DNA of 64,000 nt. It comes from Callorhinchus milii. Lineage: Eukaryota. The stretch is taken from NCBI RefSeq assembly GCF_018977255.1, contig NW_024704743.1:113338001-113402000 (forward strand), given 5' to 3'. The notes under the pieces were generated by a model. The model made no database searches. It worked only from the letters and a program-made list of their open reading frames with translations, and was not told the DNA's origin. A program made the position numbers and the translations under genes. This document shows, piece after piece, positions 26,901 to 40,694 of the stretch (within the stretch, counting starts at the first letter, position 1; each line of letters begins with the position of its first letter).

Positions 26901-27014
26901 GGTGTTGAAAAAAAAAACCAGCTTTGGCTCTGGGTACCTCATTTTACTTTTATAAAAATAATACTTTAAAACCTAACGCGATGAACGTTCAATGGTTTTA
27001 CGTTTCCCGTACTC

Positions 27015-27045
<31 letters not shown>

Positions 27046-27099
27046 CTCGGTTTAGCCAGCGGTAAGTTGGTTGTTAGTCGATTGGTGGATTGCTTTTCC

Positions 27100-27450
27100 A
27101 GGGGTACAATTCTTCTTGTTTATCGCCCCCCCCACCCCTTCCTCTCTGACATCTCCACCCTTCTAGCTTCCCTCTGCCTCTGCCCCCCATTCCGCTGCCC
27201 TGGAGTCATTTGAACTCCACCCCCTCTGGGCTTCCTCCCTCAATGACTTATTTTCCTCGGTCACTCTCCTCCGCAACTCTCTCTCCACCATTCTTGATGC
27301 CCTTGCCCCCCTCACCTCCCGAACCACCTCCTACTCACGCAACTCGCCCTGGTACACCAGCCATCTCTGCTCCCTCAAGGGTCAGGTGAGTGTCGCTGAA
27401 CACGCCTAGCCCAAATCTAATTTAACCGTCCACTGTCAGATCCTGGACCA
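27100..27450 (+). mobile_element. Decayed L2, endonuclease and linker part
   Basis: ILLVYRPP...FLSDISTLLASLCL and SPWYT...LTVH segments homologous to the intact L2 ORF. Confidence 0.8.
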
Positions 27451-27721
27451 CATGAGACAGCAGAGAGCTTGGCAGAGTGAGGAGGGAACTGAGTGAGGTG
27501 GAACAGAGTGAGAATTCTCTTAAGGAATTTGATGAGAGTGGGAATTCTTGAGCAATAGAGAGCAAAAGAGAACTAGAGAGCAAGAGAGAACTCTTTCTTT
27601 GAGTAAAAGAGTGGGCTGAGATCCTACAGGGAGAGTATTAGATGCTAGGGAAAAAGCTAAAGGGTAGGACCTCAAAGGTCGTGATCTCTGGATTACTCCC
27701 TGTGCCTCGTGCAAGTGAGTA

Positions 27722-28290
27722 TCAACAACAACAACAACTTGGATTCATATAGCGCCCTCCCATGCCAGACGGTGTCTAAGAGTGCTTCACAGTAATGGAT
27801 CCCGGGGCCATTATTATTATTATGGCTGAGCCAGGGGGAGGGGGAGGAAGGTGACCAAAGGCAAGGTCGAAAAGAAAGGTCTTCAGCCAAAACCTGAAAG
27901 TGGGAAGAGAGGGGACGAGGCGAAGGGAGTGAGGAAGGGAGTTCCATAGCCTCAGGGCGTAGTGACTGAGGGCACGGCTGCCGATGGTGGAATGGAGGAC
28001 TAGGGGGGACAAGGAGGAGGCCAGACCTGGTGGAGCGAAGGCAATGGGCACTGTTGTGAGGAGAAAGGAGGTCAGAGAGGTAGGGGGGTGCAGAGGAGTG
28101 GAGGGATTTGAAGATAAGGGTGAGGATCTTGATGTCAATCCTCTCTGGGACAGGCAGCCAGTGCAGTCTTGCAAGGACTGGGATAATCAGGGAGCGGAGT
28201 TTGGTGCAGATAGGAATGTGGGCATCAGAGTTTTGTATGACCTGGATTTTATGAATCGTAGTGGAGGGGAGACCAGCAAAACAGCAGGAT
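27722..28290 (-). mobile_element. L2 3' fragment inserted in CR1 ORF1
   Basis: (AAC)n tail and L2 C-terminal motifs on the minus strand; CR1 esterase sequence continues on both sides. Confidence 0.85.
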
Positions 28291-29273
28291 CAAACACATA
28301 AATGCCTGACTGTTAAAATGGGGCAGAACAGAGAGCTTCAGGGTCCTGGAACATTGGGACCAGTTCTGGGGCAGGTGGGACCTGTTCAAGTTGGATGGGT
28401 TACACCTGAACAGGGCTGGAACCAATGCCCTCACAGGACGAGTGTGACAACAAATGCATTCCCACAAAGGGGAAAAGGTAGGGCATCCAAATCTCCCTGG
28501 ATTAAAATAAAACAGATAAAGGAGGCTTATGATAAATATCAGGTCCAAAATACAATACAAAAGATAATCAAATAGAATGTAGAAAGTACAGAGGAGAACT
28601 GAAAAAGGAAATAAGAGGAGCAAAGAGATTGTATGCGAAAAGATTAATGGGTAACATAAAAGGGAACTGTAAGGTATTTTATAAGCATATAAAGAATAAA
28701 AGGTTAGGCAAAGGTAGGGTGGGTCCAATTAGGGACCAACGAGGAAATCCTCTTGTGGAGGCAGATGTACTGAATGAGTACTTTGCATCTGTCTTCACAA
28801 AAGAAGAGGATGCAGCCAATGCCACAGTATCGGAAGGGAGGGTAGAGAAATTGGATTGGATAAGAATAAATCAAGAGGAGTACTAAAAAATTGACGGTGC
28901 TCAAGGTAGATAAGTCACCTGGTCCTGACGGGATGTATCCTAGGCTACTGATGGAACTAAGGGTGGAAGGATGGAAATAACGGAGGCTCTGGCCACAATC
29001 TTTCAATTCTCCTTGGACACTGGGGGGGTGTCAGAGGACTGAAGGATTGCAAACATTACTCCCCTGTACAAAAAGGGGCAGAAGGATAAACCTGGCAACT
29101 ACAGGCAGTCAGTCTAACGTCAGTAGTAGGGAAACTTCTAGAGACTAATCTGGGACAAAATAAATTTGCACTTAGAAAAATATAGGTTAATAAAGTACAG
29201 CCAACACAGATTTGTTAAAGACAAATGGTGTCTAACAAATCTGATAGAGTTTTGATGAATTAACAGAGAGGGT

Positions 29274-29591
29274 GGAGTCCTGTAGCTCAGTGGTTAGAGC
29301 ACTCGCTTTGCAAGCGAGAAACCTGAGTTCAATTCCAGGCAGGGCGAAACCTTGGGCAAGTTTCCTTACTCCACACGCCTAATAATAATCCCTCGAAAAA
29401 CCTAAAACAATAATTAAATTGGTCATTTTCAATCTACGACTGTTTGTGAGACATTGCTGTGCGCAATTGGCTGCTGCGTTCGCCCACAAATATACAGTCA
29501 ATTCACTTTACAGTGTGTTCTGTGAAGCACGTTGGGACGTCCTCCCGACGTGAAAAGCGCTATATCAAATGCAAGGATTATTATTATTATT
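29274..29591 (+). mobile_element. tRNA-Ala-derived SINE inserted in CR1
   Basis: Full head and tail; target duplication AGGGT(GGA) on both sides. Confidence 0.93.
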
Positions 29592-30659
29592 AGGGTGGAT
29601 GAAGGTAGTGCAGTTGATGTAGTTTATATGGATTTTCAAAAGGCGTTTGATAAAGTGCCACATAAGAGACTTGTAACCAAAATACAAGCCCACGGTATTA
29701 AAGGCACAGTGTTAGCATGGATACAGAACTGGCTGGGAAAGAGAAAGCAGAGAGTGGTGGTGAACAGTTGTTTCTCTGACTGGAGGGAAGTGTGCAGTGC
29801 TGTCCCCCAGGGGTCAGTATTGGGACCACTGTCGTTTTTGATCTATATAAATGACCTGGACTTGGGTATAGGGCGAACAATTTCTAAGTTTGCAGATGAT
29901 ACTAAGCTAGGAAAAGTAGTAAACAGTGAGGTGGATAGTAGTAGACTGCAAGAGGACATAGACAGACTGGTAACATGGGAAGACACATGGCAGATGAAGT
30001 TTAATGTGAAGAACTGTAAAGTGATGCATTTTGGGAGTAAGAATGAGGAGAGACAATATTAGCTGATGGTACAATCTTAAAGTGGTTGAGGGAACAGAGA
30101 GACCTGGGGGTTCATTTGAAGGTGGCAGGACCCGTACGGGTTACTAGACTTTATAAATAGGGGCAAAGAATGCAAAAGTCAGGAAGTTATGATGAACCTT
30201 TATAAAACACTGGTTAAGCCTCAGCTGGAGACTGCGTTCAATTCTGGGCCTCACACTTTAGGAAGGATGTCAAGGCATTGGAGAGGGTGCAAAGGAGATT
30301 TACCAGGATGGTACCAGGAATGAGGGACTTCAGTTATCAGGAGAGGCTGGAGAAGCTAGGATTATTCTCCTTGGAGCAGAGAAGGTTAAGAGCAAACTTA
30401 ATAGAAGTTTTCAAAATTGAGGGGATTCGATAAGGTGAAAAAGGAGAAACTGTTTCCATTGGCGGGTGGGTGAGTAACCTGAGGACATCGATTTAAAATA
30501 GTTGTGTTAAAGGAAACAGAGGGGAGGAGAAATTTTTTCACACAGCAAGTTGTTCAGATCTGGAATGAATTGCCTGGAAGGGTGGTGGAAGCTGATTCGA
30601 TAACAACTTTTAAGTAGATAATTATGTGGGGAGAACAAGCTTGCAGGGCTATAGGGAAT

Positions 30660-31855
30660 GATCGACACCTTCAAATCTGTCTCCCCCTTCTCTCTCACTA
30701 TTATAACCCACATGAAACCCACTCCCTGCTCTCTCGACTCCATCCCTACCCCTCACCTTACCTCCCAGCTCCAGCACTGTGCCCCTCCCCTCACAGGCAT
30801 CATCAATCTTTCCCTGTCTACTGGTAACGTTCCCACCTCCTTTAAAAACAGTTGTCATCACCCCTATCCTTAAAAATCCTTCCCTGGGCCCATCCTTGCT
30901 CTCAAATTACCATTCCACCTCCAATCTCCCTTTCCAAGGTCCTTGAATGACTCATTGCTTCCCAGCTTCGCTCCTTCCTTTCCCACCACTCACTTCACAA
31001 ACCCTTCCAATTGGGTTATGTGCCGCCCACAGCATAGAAACAGCTTTGGTCAAAGTGACAAATGACATTTTGTCCATCTGTGACTCTGTCTTCTCGTCCT
31101 CTCTGCTGCCTTTGATTCTGCTGACCACTCTATCCTCCTCCACAGCTTCTCCTCTCAACCTTTCGTGCTTCAATGGTTTAGATTCTACCTCTAACACCGT
31201 CTCCACTTTGACTCCACAAGCAGTTTCTCCTCGAGCCCCCGCACGTGCGGTGTTCCTCTAGGCTCTGTCCTTGGTCGCCTCCTCTTCAACTTGTACATGC
31301 TCCCTCTTGGTGACATAGGCCACAGATATGGGGTCAACTTCCACATGTATGCGGATGACATCTAACTATCTCTCTGCCTCCACCCTTGTCTCCAGGACCA
31401 CTGCTATCCTGACAGAATATCTATCAGACATCAAAGCCTGGATGAGAGCTAACTTTCTACAGTTGAACATCATCAAGGCCGAGACCCTCCCGATTGGCTC
31501 CCGTCAGCGCCTCCTCGCCTCAGGCATTGACAGCATCACCATCCATGGATGCACATTCCACCTCACTGAGCCAGTCTGGAACCTTGGCGTCTTGTTTGAC
31601 CATCAACTGTCCTTTCTACCCCACATCTGTGCCATGATCTGATCTGCTTTCCCTCCCCTCCACAACATAGCCCGGCTCCACCACTGCCCTACCCCTCAAG
31701 CTGCCGAAACCCTCAATCATTGAGTTCATCACATCTAGACTCGACTATGTCAACTCCCTGCTTGTTGACCTTCCCAACTCTTCCCTTCACAAGCTGCAGA
31801 TCATCCAGAACTCGGATCCTCTACTGCACCAGGCTCCATGACCCTACCACACCAA
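30660..31855 (+). mobile_element. Decayed L2 RT region
   Basis: [34 protein letters not shown] and NLGVLFD motifs with frameshifts. Confidence 0.88.
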
Positions 31856-34800
31856 TTGGATTAGTAATAAAATTTGGTCACTCATTTCATAGCGGTTTAT
31901 GGGAGACTGCTGTACACAATTGGCTGCTGTTTCGAACATAAAATACACAGTAAATTCACTTTACAGTATATTCTGTGAAGCAGTTTTAGACAACTCAACA
32001 ATGTGATGAGATGCTATATCAAAGGTAATAATTATTATGACTACAACCTCGCTGAAAATGAGTGCTTTTTTTGATAGTCTCACTTCTCTTAAAGATCTTT
32101 TCTTACATTTTCAAAAAGCACTAAACCTAAATTGGCATTCTGTTACCCATTGGTGGCAACGCATAACATTGGGCTACTTTGGGGCAGTATTTGGTAGTCT
32201 ACTAAATACAAAATGCATTTTAAAATTCTGGCAAACCCTGCGAACGGTCCTCAGTAACCGAAAGTAATAATCCAGACATAACCCTACAGTGTATAAAAGT
32301 AATTGCCTCTCTAAGAGGCAAGACCAGAGTGTTTAGAAAGTAGCAGCTATAGGAAAGACATGGACTTCTTTTAAACATGTAAAAATATATATTTTTTAAA
32401 CTTAAATAGTGCAATCCACTTAAACCAGACACATTGGGACAGCCCTTTTTGTCTGGCTATGGCGGCTTACACTTATATTTATTAGTATAAAAATATATTT
32501 ATATTGTACTTGCCTCATGAAAACCATACCCCTAACAGAAAAAGGAAAAACACAACCCTTTCAAACTTGTTACAAACCGCAACAGACCTGTCCCCTTGTG
32601 GGGGATCCTATCTCCTCACACTCTTGGTCCATTCGAGTGGAGGGGCCAAGGCTTCAAGTCGGGGTTCTGCTGCCTTTTATCTACACCTTTGGGCTAGTCC
32701 CAGCTCTGCCATCCCTTGTTCAATGCCTCCGATCACCCGTCAAACGATGCCCTGTCCTCTCCCTCACCAATGTCGCCAGATTGGGGCATGTTTTTATTGT
32801 TACTCGTGGATGATAAAACCTATTTGGATGGGTGCCTGATTTTTGTTTTAAAATTTTAATTTAAACCTTCAAAACGATACTTGTTTGCAAAGCTGTGGAC
32901 TTGTTTGGATTTAACAATAAGTGCTTGCTGTTGGTTGCAAGACAAAAGTAAAGTGGAATCAACCTCAAGATCATCAAGCTCTCACTCTTATCAGAGATCC
33001 AAGAGGGAATTTGATGACCATCTAAATGAGAAGCTTTTCAGCAAGAACATTGCATTACTTTAGGCTTTTACTGTCAATTCAAAACAGATGGATTTTTTGA
33101 TTAACAAAACTAGGTTGGTCCTTATTTCCTTCGCCCCTGTCCTTCCTTATGATTGTAGAATAGGTTACTAATTCAGGCCTGATTTTCTAGGGGAACCACT
33201 GAAATGAGTCACAAATCTGGGTGCTGGTGTTTACTTCATTTACTTCAATCATCAATAAGATTGGTCACTTATTTCATGGCTGTTTGCGGGACATTGCCGT
33301 GTACAAATTGGCAGTCGTATTTGCCCACAAAATACATGGAACTTTACAGTATATCCCATGAAGCTTCTTGGAACATCCTCCTAATACGAAAGACACTATG
33401 CCAAATGCAAGGAATATCATTTTTCCACATTGCTAAGGTTGGTAATTTTACAGAGCAGAAATTGGACCCTATTAGAGTTACATATATTGTTTGTTATATT
33501 TTTGTACAGCACCATCATGTGGCTGGAATAGTTCAGTTCAACAATATGTTTTTCAATACAGATGCTCAAGAAATCAATTTTCTTTGGAACAGTGGCCAAC
33601 TATTTTTAATCTGGAGTTTTTTCAGAGATCATACCATAATAGACCATAGTAGAACCATACCAGAAAATCTGTTCTAGAAGGTGAACTGAGAAATAGGATT
33701 TTTGTTTGATGGCGTTGATCTCTCCTGTTAGAGAGGCTAATAAGACAGCATTTCCAAACCTATTTTGAGGATGTAATGACTGGATAATGTAATAAATTGT
33801 GATAATCATCTTATTTATGAAGAAAAACTATACAACAATGAACATCCTTGTCTTTCAATAGGAAAACAGTTTTTAAATTTGTGCCAATAGTGAACATGGA
33901 TGCCAGGATAAATATAGTATTTTAAAATTAGTTTACTTGAAGACCCCCACCCACCACCCCTGATAGTCTAGTTAGTCTTAACTAAAGTTGTATGTAAACC
34001 CAACTTGGCAGCAATTTTTAAAATAGATTAGAGTTGATAATCAAGGGAAAATGTGGGCAGTGATTAACAAGAACATGGGGTCTGGACTGTATGATAAATA
34101 TATTGAAATGAATGGAAGCCAGCCAGAAAGTAATGTAGTTTCATATCTAGGAGACATTAACAAGCCTTGTAATTTGATCAGAAATTTATCATTACCAGCA
34201 TTTGAGTCACAAAGGGAATTGTAACCCACAAAAGTGGCAGCAGGACTATACGGTTTGTAGATAAAGATAAACAGAAAAAAGGACAGGCGCAATACTGACA
34301 ATACTAATTCAGAATACTGTCCTGAAAATCTGTATCAGTTTACTTAATGGTATTCCTGGGCTCAAAAGACGAGTTAAGATATTGCATGCTTTTTTGGTTT
34401 GGTATTTGGTAAAGAAGTTTTCAGACAAAGTATAATACATATTCTGCAAATGTATTTCAATAGTTTTGTGTTGCTTATTTATGGATTTTTATGGATATTT
34501 TAACATTTTAAAGTTTTGTTTGGTTTCTGTTTTCCTTGGTTCTATTTATGACCTATGTATTTAGTGCCCCTTCTGATATTGATCCAGCTTTGAACCTCTT
34601 GATTTAATAATTGTTAACACGTGCTATTATTTATCAGGGTTGTCATCAGCAGCCCAAATTGCTTTCCTTTTATAGCTTGCCAATGTTGGTATTGTTGCCA
34701 ATGGATATATTCATATAGGTGTGAAGTACACAGGGCTCATCAATGTGGTTATAGATTCATAACATTGGCATAGATTACTCAAAGCATGGATTGTGCTGGT

Positions 34801-37433
34801 ATGGCAAAGCATGTGTATTGCAAATAATCCTGGGAATTTTGTTTTAAAAAANGATAACCATAGGCATACAGCCAAACATTACAGGGAAACATCAATCTAA
34901 TCAACTTCATGCAGTCTCATATAATAGTGAATAAATTACATGCAAAATTAAGTACATGCTCAGAACTGGGTTTAAAAAGTACCAACAGCCAGTTGTCATG
35001 TTATTAAAAGGTTCTTAAGTCACTTGTTGGTGAATTTCCTTCATTTGTATGTATATCACTTTCTGCAGTTCTGCTTGCTAGTGGACATAAGACACAAATT
35101 ACTACAGTAATGTCTTCCAGATCCTTTAAAAAATATTGTTAAGTAGTGGCCTTTCTGTAAACTTTATAGCTTTAGAATTCCCATTATGGATACATAATCT
35201 GTATGAAATCACACAGAAAGTGCGTAACATTTGGATTAGTCAAAGCAGCACACCAATTTTCATCACTAATCATGCTATAAGATCCTTTGAGCCAGTGCTT
35301 TCCAAACCCTGTAGCCGCTTAAATGTTTGATCTTTGAATGTTGAATAGGAACAAAAAATAGAAACACAATTCATTTACTTTTAGCAGAATTGCATTAGAA
35401 GTCGAGCCATAAAGACTATATACAAAGGGAAGCTTAGACAGCTCCAATTTTGCAGTTATAGAACAGAGTAACTTGGTTAGATGCTATTGTATTTGTAAGA
35501 ATTTGCCAAATTCTGGACACTCTGAAATGGTAAGAATGTATAGTAAATCTCGACTCAGGTGACATTTCTCTCCTTTAAATGTTAAGCTGGTGGTACTGTG
35601 CTTGCCAATGTGTTGGAAGGTAAATCATAGAATGCGTTTATATGGACTGATTTTGCACAACTTCCAGTTGCTGCTTACAGACTTCCATTGGCAAAGACAT
35701 CATATCAGGTTCCACTTTTTGTATGGGAATGGGGTGTTGCAGTAAGTCTCCTATATCAGGGAACTGATATAAACAAAACGTGATTGCCAAAATGCTACAG
35801 GTATATAATTATCTGGAGAAGAGTCTTTTTTGATATACGTTTAATGCATCCAATTTTTAAAAAAATATTCTCTCCATTGGCACATGTCTCTCTGCTCCTG
35901 GTTTGGTTTCCTCTTGCTGGGGTAGAGTTCCACCGGCACTGGTTGCCCTTCGATAACCAGTGAGATCCCGATCTGTAAGCTACAGCTCTACCCACAACAC
36001 TAGGGGCATAGAATTGCTTTGGAGAATCAGTTTAAGAAGTTTAGTTCAGTATAATTCTGCTCAGTAAAAATACAAATTACCATTAAGCCTTTCAGTGTAC
36101 ATTTGAAGTCTAAAGTACGATATTCACAAACTAAATTTATTGCATGTGGCAGCACTGTTAAGCTACGTGTTTGACATTGTTATAATGCAAACAACTGTGC
36201 CACACGAACATAAAACACACAGCATAACTACAGCATATGTCATCTAAATCAGATTCCTTGACTAACTTGGTCTTAGCAGAACACCTAAATAAAGAAAGGT
36301 AGCAGCTTCGGAAAGGTTAATAACTGAAGGGCAAAGGTAAATTGCTGTCGTAAAAGTTAAAAACATTTAAGTCACAACTGCAACCTGAATATAAATGTAA
36401 AATTATGCATTATATAGAACAACAGCTGCCTGAAATATGAGTTACATGATGCAACTTACTATCAGCCTTACGTCAGTAATGGGGAAACTTCTAGAGACTA
36501 TAATCTGGAACAAAATAATGTTTTACTTAGAAAAATATGGGTTAATAAAGGACAGTCACATGGATTTATTAAAGGCAAAACTTGATAGTTTTCTGATGAA
36601 GTAACGGAGAGGGTGGATAAAAGGAGTGCAGTTGATGTCGTTTATATGGATTTTTAAAAGGCATTTGATAAATGCCACATAAGAAACTTGTAACCAAAAT
36701 ACAAGCCCACAGTATTAAAAGGACAGTGGCAGCATGGAATCAGAACTGGTTCGGAGACAGAAACCAGAGAGTGGTGATGAACAGTTGTTTATCTGACTGG
36801 AGGGAAGTGTGCAGTGGTATCCCCCAGGGGTCGGTATTGGGACCGCTGCTGTTTTTGATCTTTATAAATGACCTGGACTTGGGTATCGGGAGTACAATTT
36901 TCAAGTTTGCAGATGATACTACTACTACTAATAATAATCCTTGCATTTGATATAGCCCTTTTCACATCTTCTAGGCATCTCAAAGTGTTTCACAGAATAG
37001 ACGGTAAAGTGAATTAATTGACTGTATTTTTTGTGGGCAAAAGCTAGGAAACCGGCTAGGATACTAAGTTAGGAAAAGTAGTAAACAAGAGGAGGAGAGT
37101 AGCAGACTGCAAGCAAACATAGACAGACTGGTAAAATGGGCAGACACTTGGCAGATGAAGTTTAATGTGATGCTTTTTGGGAGGAAGAATGACGAGAGAC
37201 AATATAAGCCGATGGTAGAATCTTAAAGGGGGTGATGGAACAGAGAGACCTAGGGGTTCATATAAGTAAATCTTTGAAACAACAACAACAACAACAACAA
37301 GATTCCATTTATAGAGCGCCTTTCACGTCAGGAGGACGTCCCAAGGCGCTGCACAGTTGGGTCATGACCCGAGCAGGGGGGAAATGGTCAGGGTGAGGGG
37401 AGGGAAGGGAGGGAGAGAGGAGGGGGGAAATGG

Positions 37434-40400
37434 TCAGGGTGAGGGGAGGGAAGGGAGGGAGCGAGGAGGAGGAAGAGAGTCGAGAGGGGAGCTGAAGGCT
37501 CGGTCAAAGAGAAAGGTTTTGAGACCGGCCTTGAAGGAGGAAAGGGAGGAAGCAAGGCGAAGGCACTGGGGGATGGAGTTCCAGAGCCTCGGGGCTGAGA
37601 GGCTGAAGGCCCGACCACCGATAGTAGGGCGGTTGGGGCGGGGGACGTGGAGCAGACCGGAGCCAGAGGAACGGAGGGTACGGGCAGGTAGGTAGGGGGA
37701 TAGTAGGTTGGAGAGGTAGGAGGGAGCAAGGCCGTGAATGGCCTTGTAGGTGAGGATGAGGATCTTGAAATCAATCCTCTGGGGGATGGGGAGCCAGTGG
37801 AGGCGAGCGAGGGTGGGAGTGATGTGGTCCCGAAGCCTGGTGCGGGACAGTACACGAGCTGCAGAGTTCTGAATGACCTGCAGCTTGTGGAGGGAGGTGG
37901 CGGGAAGGCCGGCGAGGAGAGAGTTCCCATAGTCCAGCCTTGAGGTGACAAAGGCGTGAACCAGGGTTTCAGCAGCGTGAGGGGTGAGGTAGTGCCGTAA
38001 TCTGGCGATATTCCGGAGGTGATGGAAGGCGGTGCCAGTTGTGGTGCGGATGTGAGGGAGAAAGGACAGCTCAGGGTCGAACAAAACGCCGAGGTTCCTG
38101 ACTGGCTTTGAGAGGTGGAGAGTGCAGCCTTGGATGCTGATGGTGTCAGCGCCTGAGGTGCGGAGGCGCTGACGTGAGCCAATCAGGAGGGCCTCGGTTT
38201 TTCGCACGTTGAGCTGAAGAAAGTTGTCTCTCGTCCAGGACTCGATGTCGGACAGGCAGGCTGTCAGGACATCGGTGGTCGTGGAGTTGAGAGTAGAGGA
38301 GGAAAGGTAGAGTTGGGTGTCATCCGCATACATGTGGAAGTTAACCCCATGTTTGCGGATGATGTCACCGAGGGGGAGCATATAGAGGGTGAAGAGGAGG
38401 GGACCGAGGACAGAGCCCTGAGGGACACCACATGAGACAGTACGGGGGGTGGAGGAGAAGCCATTCGTTGAGACGAAGTGAAGACGGTGGGAAAGGTAAG
38501 AGCTAAACCATTCAAGGACAGTGCCTTGAAGGTTGAGGTGGGAGGACAAGCGGTGGAGTAGGATAGCGTGGTCGACCGTATCGAATGCTGCCGATAGGTC
38601 GAGGAGGACGAGGAGACAGAGGGAGCCCTGGTCACAGATAGTCAGGATATCATTGGTGACCTTGACCAGGGCAGTTTCTGTGCTATGAGCAGCACGGAAA
38701 CCTGACTGAAGGGGTTCAAAAAGAGAATGGGTGGAGAGGAAAGAGCGCAGTTGGGAGGCGACAACTCTTTCCAAGACCTTGGAGAGAAAGGGGAGGTTGG
38801 AGATGGGCCGGTAGCTTGATAGCTGCGACGCATCAAGGGAGGGTTTTTTCAGGGTGGGCGTGATGATGGCAGTTTTTAATGGAATGGGGACAGAGCCAGA
38901 GGAGAGGGACAGGTTTATGATGTCAGTGATGTGTGGGGCAAGAAAATGGAGCTGGGAGATAAGGAGTGGAGTGGGGATGGGGTCAAGGGAGCAGGTGGTT
39001 GGTTTTAGGGATAGGATGAGTTCAGTGACAGAGGGTGGGGAAACGGGTACGAAGGTGTGTAGGGGAGGATGGGTAGGAGTCGGAGTGTGGGAGGGAAGGG
39101 GTGGGTGGTGGGTGGAAGTTGGAGGGGAAGTGACCGCGGAGCGGATTCCCTTGATCTTGGATTCAAGGAAATCCAGCATCTCCTCGCAGTGAAGGTTGGA
39201 GGAGATGACCTGCGCGGGGTGGCGGGGGGGACGGAGGAGTCGGGATGTGGTGGAAAACAGTAGCCTGGGGTTGTTCTTCGCCTCCAGGATTATCCTGGAG
39301 TAGAAGGACGACTTGGCCGAGGCTAGAGTGGAGCGGTAAATTTTGAGGAGGTCCAGCCAGATTTGTCGGTGGACCGTTAAGCCGGATTTGACAAAGGTGC
39401 GCTCAGCAGCCCGCACCTGGCATTTCAGTGAGCGGAGGTGGGTGGTGTACCAGGGGGAGGAGCGGGAGTAGGAGACAGTGCGGGAAGTGATGGGGGCAAG
39501 AGTATCGAGTGTGGAGGAGAGGATATTGTGGAGGAGGGAGAGAGGAGAAGAGGGGTCGGTGAGGGTTGAAGGCCAGAGGGAGAGGAGTTCAGAGGACTCC
39601 AAGGCATCGGTTAGGGATTGTGGGGGTAACTTCTTCCAAGGGCGGTAGAAGATGGTGGTGGGTCTGGTGGAGGTGGGGAGGGGGGTGGAGGTGGTGAAGG
39701 AGATGAAGTAGTGGTCGGAGATGGCCTTGTCGGTAATAGTGACATCCGAGACACTGAGGCCCCGGGTGATCACCAAATCGAGTGGGTGGCCGTGACTGTG
39801 AGTGGGGGAGTTTATGTGTAGGGAAAGGTTGAGTGAGGAGAGCAGGGAAGAGAAGTCTGTGGAGATGGAGCAGGAGGGGGTGAAGTGTAGGTTAAAGTCG
39901 CCCAGGATGATGAGGCGATCAGAGGAGAGGCAAAGAGATGTGAGGAGTGTTGAAATGTCAGAGATGAAGGTGGGAGAGGTTTTAGGGGGCCGGTAGAGGA
40001 GGAGGATTTTAAGGGAGAGGAATGAGGGGTGGGAGAGGGTGAGGTGCTCGAAGGAGGGGAAAGAGCCAGAGGAGTAGGGGGATAGGGCAAGTGGTGTCCT
40101 TGAGATAAGGGCAACACCACCGCCACGGCGGTTGGGGCGGGGGATGTGGTGGGAGGTGTAGCCGGGTGGCGTGGCCTCCGTGAGGGGGAAGGTGTCGCCT
40201 GGGGTGAGCCACGTTTCTGTCAAGGCCATGATATCAACGTTCTCATCAAGGATGAGATCGTTGATGACCAGGGCCTTGTTGCAGAGGGAGCGGACATTTT
40301 GCAGTCCGATGTGGAGGGAGCGGTTGACAGAAGGGTGTGTGGGAGGGGAGGGGGGTCCAGGTTGTGAGGCAGGGGTGGGGGAGATGGGGATGAGGGAGGA

Positions 40401-40694
40401 GAGGTTGACTCCCCGGGTCTGTGTCCGGGGTGGCTGGCGAGTGTGGTGGGGAATGGGGCAGTCGGTGTGGCTGCTGCTGGACAGCCAACGCCGAGTGCCA
40501 CGGTGAGCCCGGCGGAGGATTCCCAGACTGGAACAGAGGGAGGTTGTGGGAGGGTCAAGTGGGGATAGAAGACGAGAGGGACGGAGAGAGAGGAGGAGAG
40601 AGCGGGAGAGATGGAGAGGGGGGAGGGTTTGGGGGGAGAGAGGAGGGGGGAGGGAGGGAGGGGGTGAGGGGGCTCGGGTCAAAGCGGCAGCCAT
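37434..40694 (-). CDS. L2 protein: apurinic-like endonuclease plus reverse transcriptase (1086 aa from the first in-frame ATG)
   Basis: APE motifs [41 protein letters not shown] motifs [42 protein letters not shown]. Confidence 0.93.
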   Translation of the reverse strand: MAAALTRAPSPPPSLPPPLSPQTLPPLHLSRSLLLSLRPSRLLSPLDPPTTSLCSSLGILRRAHRGTRRWLSSSSHTDCPIPHHTRQPPRTQTRGVNLSSLIPISPTPASQPGPPSPPTHPSVNRSLHIGLQNVRSLCNKALVINDLILDENVDIMALTETWLTPGDTFPLTEATPPGYTSHHIPRPNRRGGGVALISRTPLALSPYSSGSFPSFEHLTLSHPSFLSLKILLLYRPPKTSPTFISDISTLLTSLCLSSDRLIILGDFNLHFTPSCSISTDFSSLLSSLNLSLHINSPTHSHGHPLDLVITRGLSVSDVTITDKAISDHYFISFTTSTPLPTSTRPTTIFYRPWKKLPPQSLTDALESSELLSLWPSTLTDPSSPLSLLHNILSSTLDTLAPITSRTVSYSRSSPWYTTHLRSLKCQVRAAERTFVKSGLTVHRQIWLDLLKIYRSTLASAKSSFYSRIILEAKNNPRLLFSTTSRLLRPPRHPAQVISSNLHCEEMLDFLESKIKGIRSAVTSPPTSTHHPPLPSHTPTPTHPPLHTFVPVSPPSVTELILSLKPTTCSLDPIPTPLLISQLHFLAPHITDIINLSLSSGSVPIPLKTAIITPTLKKPSLDASQLSSYRPISNLPFLSKVLERVVASQLRSFLSTHSLFEPLQSGFRAAHSTETALVKVTNDILTICDQGSLCLLVLLDLSAAFDTVDHAILLHRLSSHLNLQGTVLEWFSSYLSHRLHFVSTNGFSSTPRTVSCGVPQGSVLGPLLFTLYMLPLGDIIRKHGVNFHMYADDTQLYLSSSTLNSTTTDVLTACLSDIESWTRDNFLQLNVRKTEALLIGSRQRLRTSGADTISIQGCTLHLSKPVRNLGVLFDPELSFLPHIRTTTGTAFHHLRNIARLRHYLTPHAAETLVHAFVTSRLDYGNSLLAGLPATSLHKLQVIQNSAARVLSRTRLRDHITPTLARLHWLPIPQRIDFKILILTYKAIHGLAPSYLSNLLSPYLPARTLRSSGSGLLHVPRPNRPTIGGRAFSLSAPRLWNSIPQCLRLASSLSSFKAGLKTFLFDRAFSSPLDSLPPPRSLPSLPSP

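Larger units (their letters stand above)
27455..30657 (+). mobile_element. Decayed CR1 LINE with ORF1 esterase remnant and ORF2 RT
   Basis: LGKKLKGRTSKVVISGLLPVPRASE and HWDQFWGRWDLFKLDGLHLN (SGNH-esterase ORF1); [23 protein letters not shown] and KFADDTKL (RT). Endonuclease region deleted. Confidence 0.9.

Noticed and set aside
34852..34852. Single N base
   Set aside because: Assembly ambiguity, not biology.
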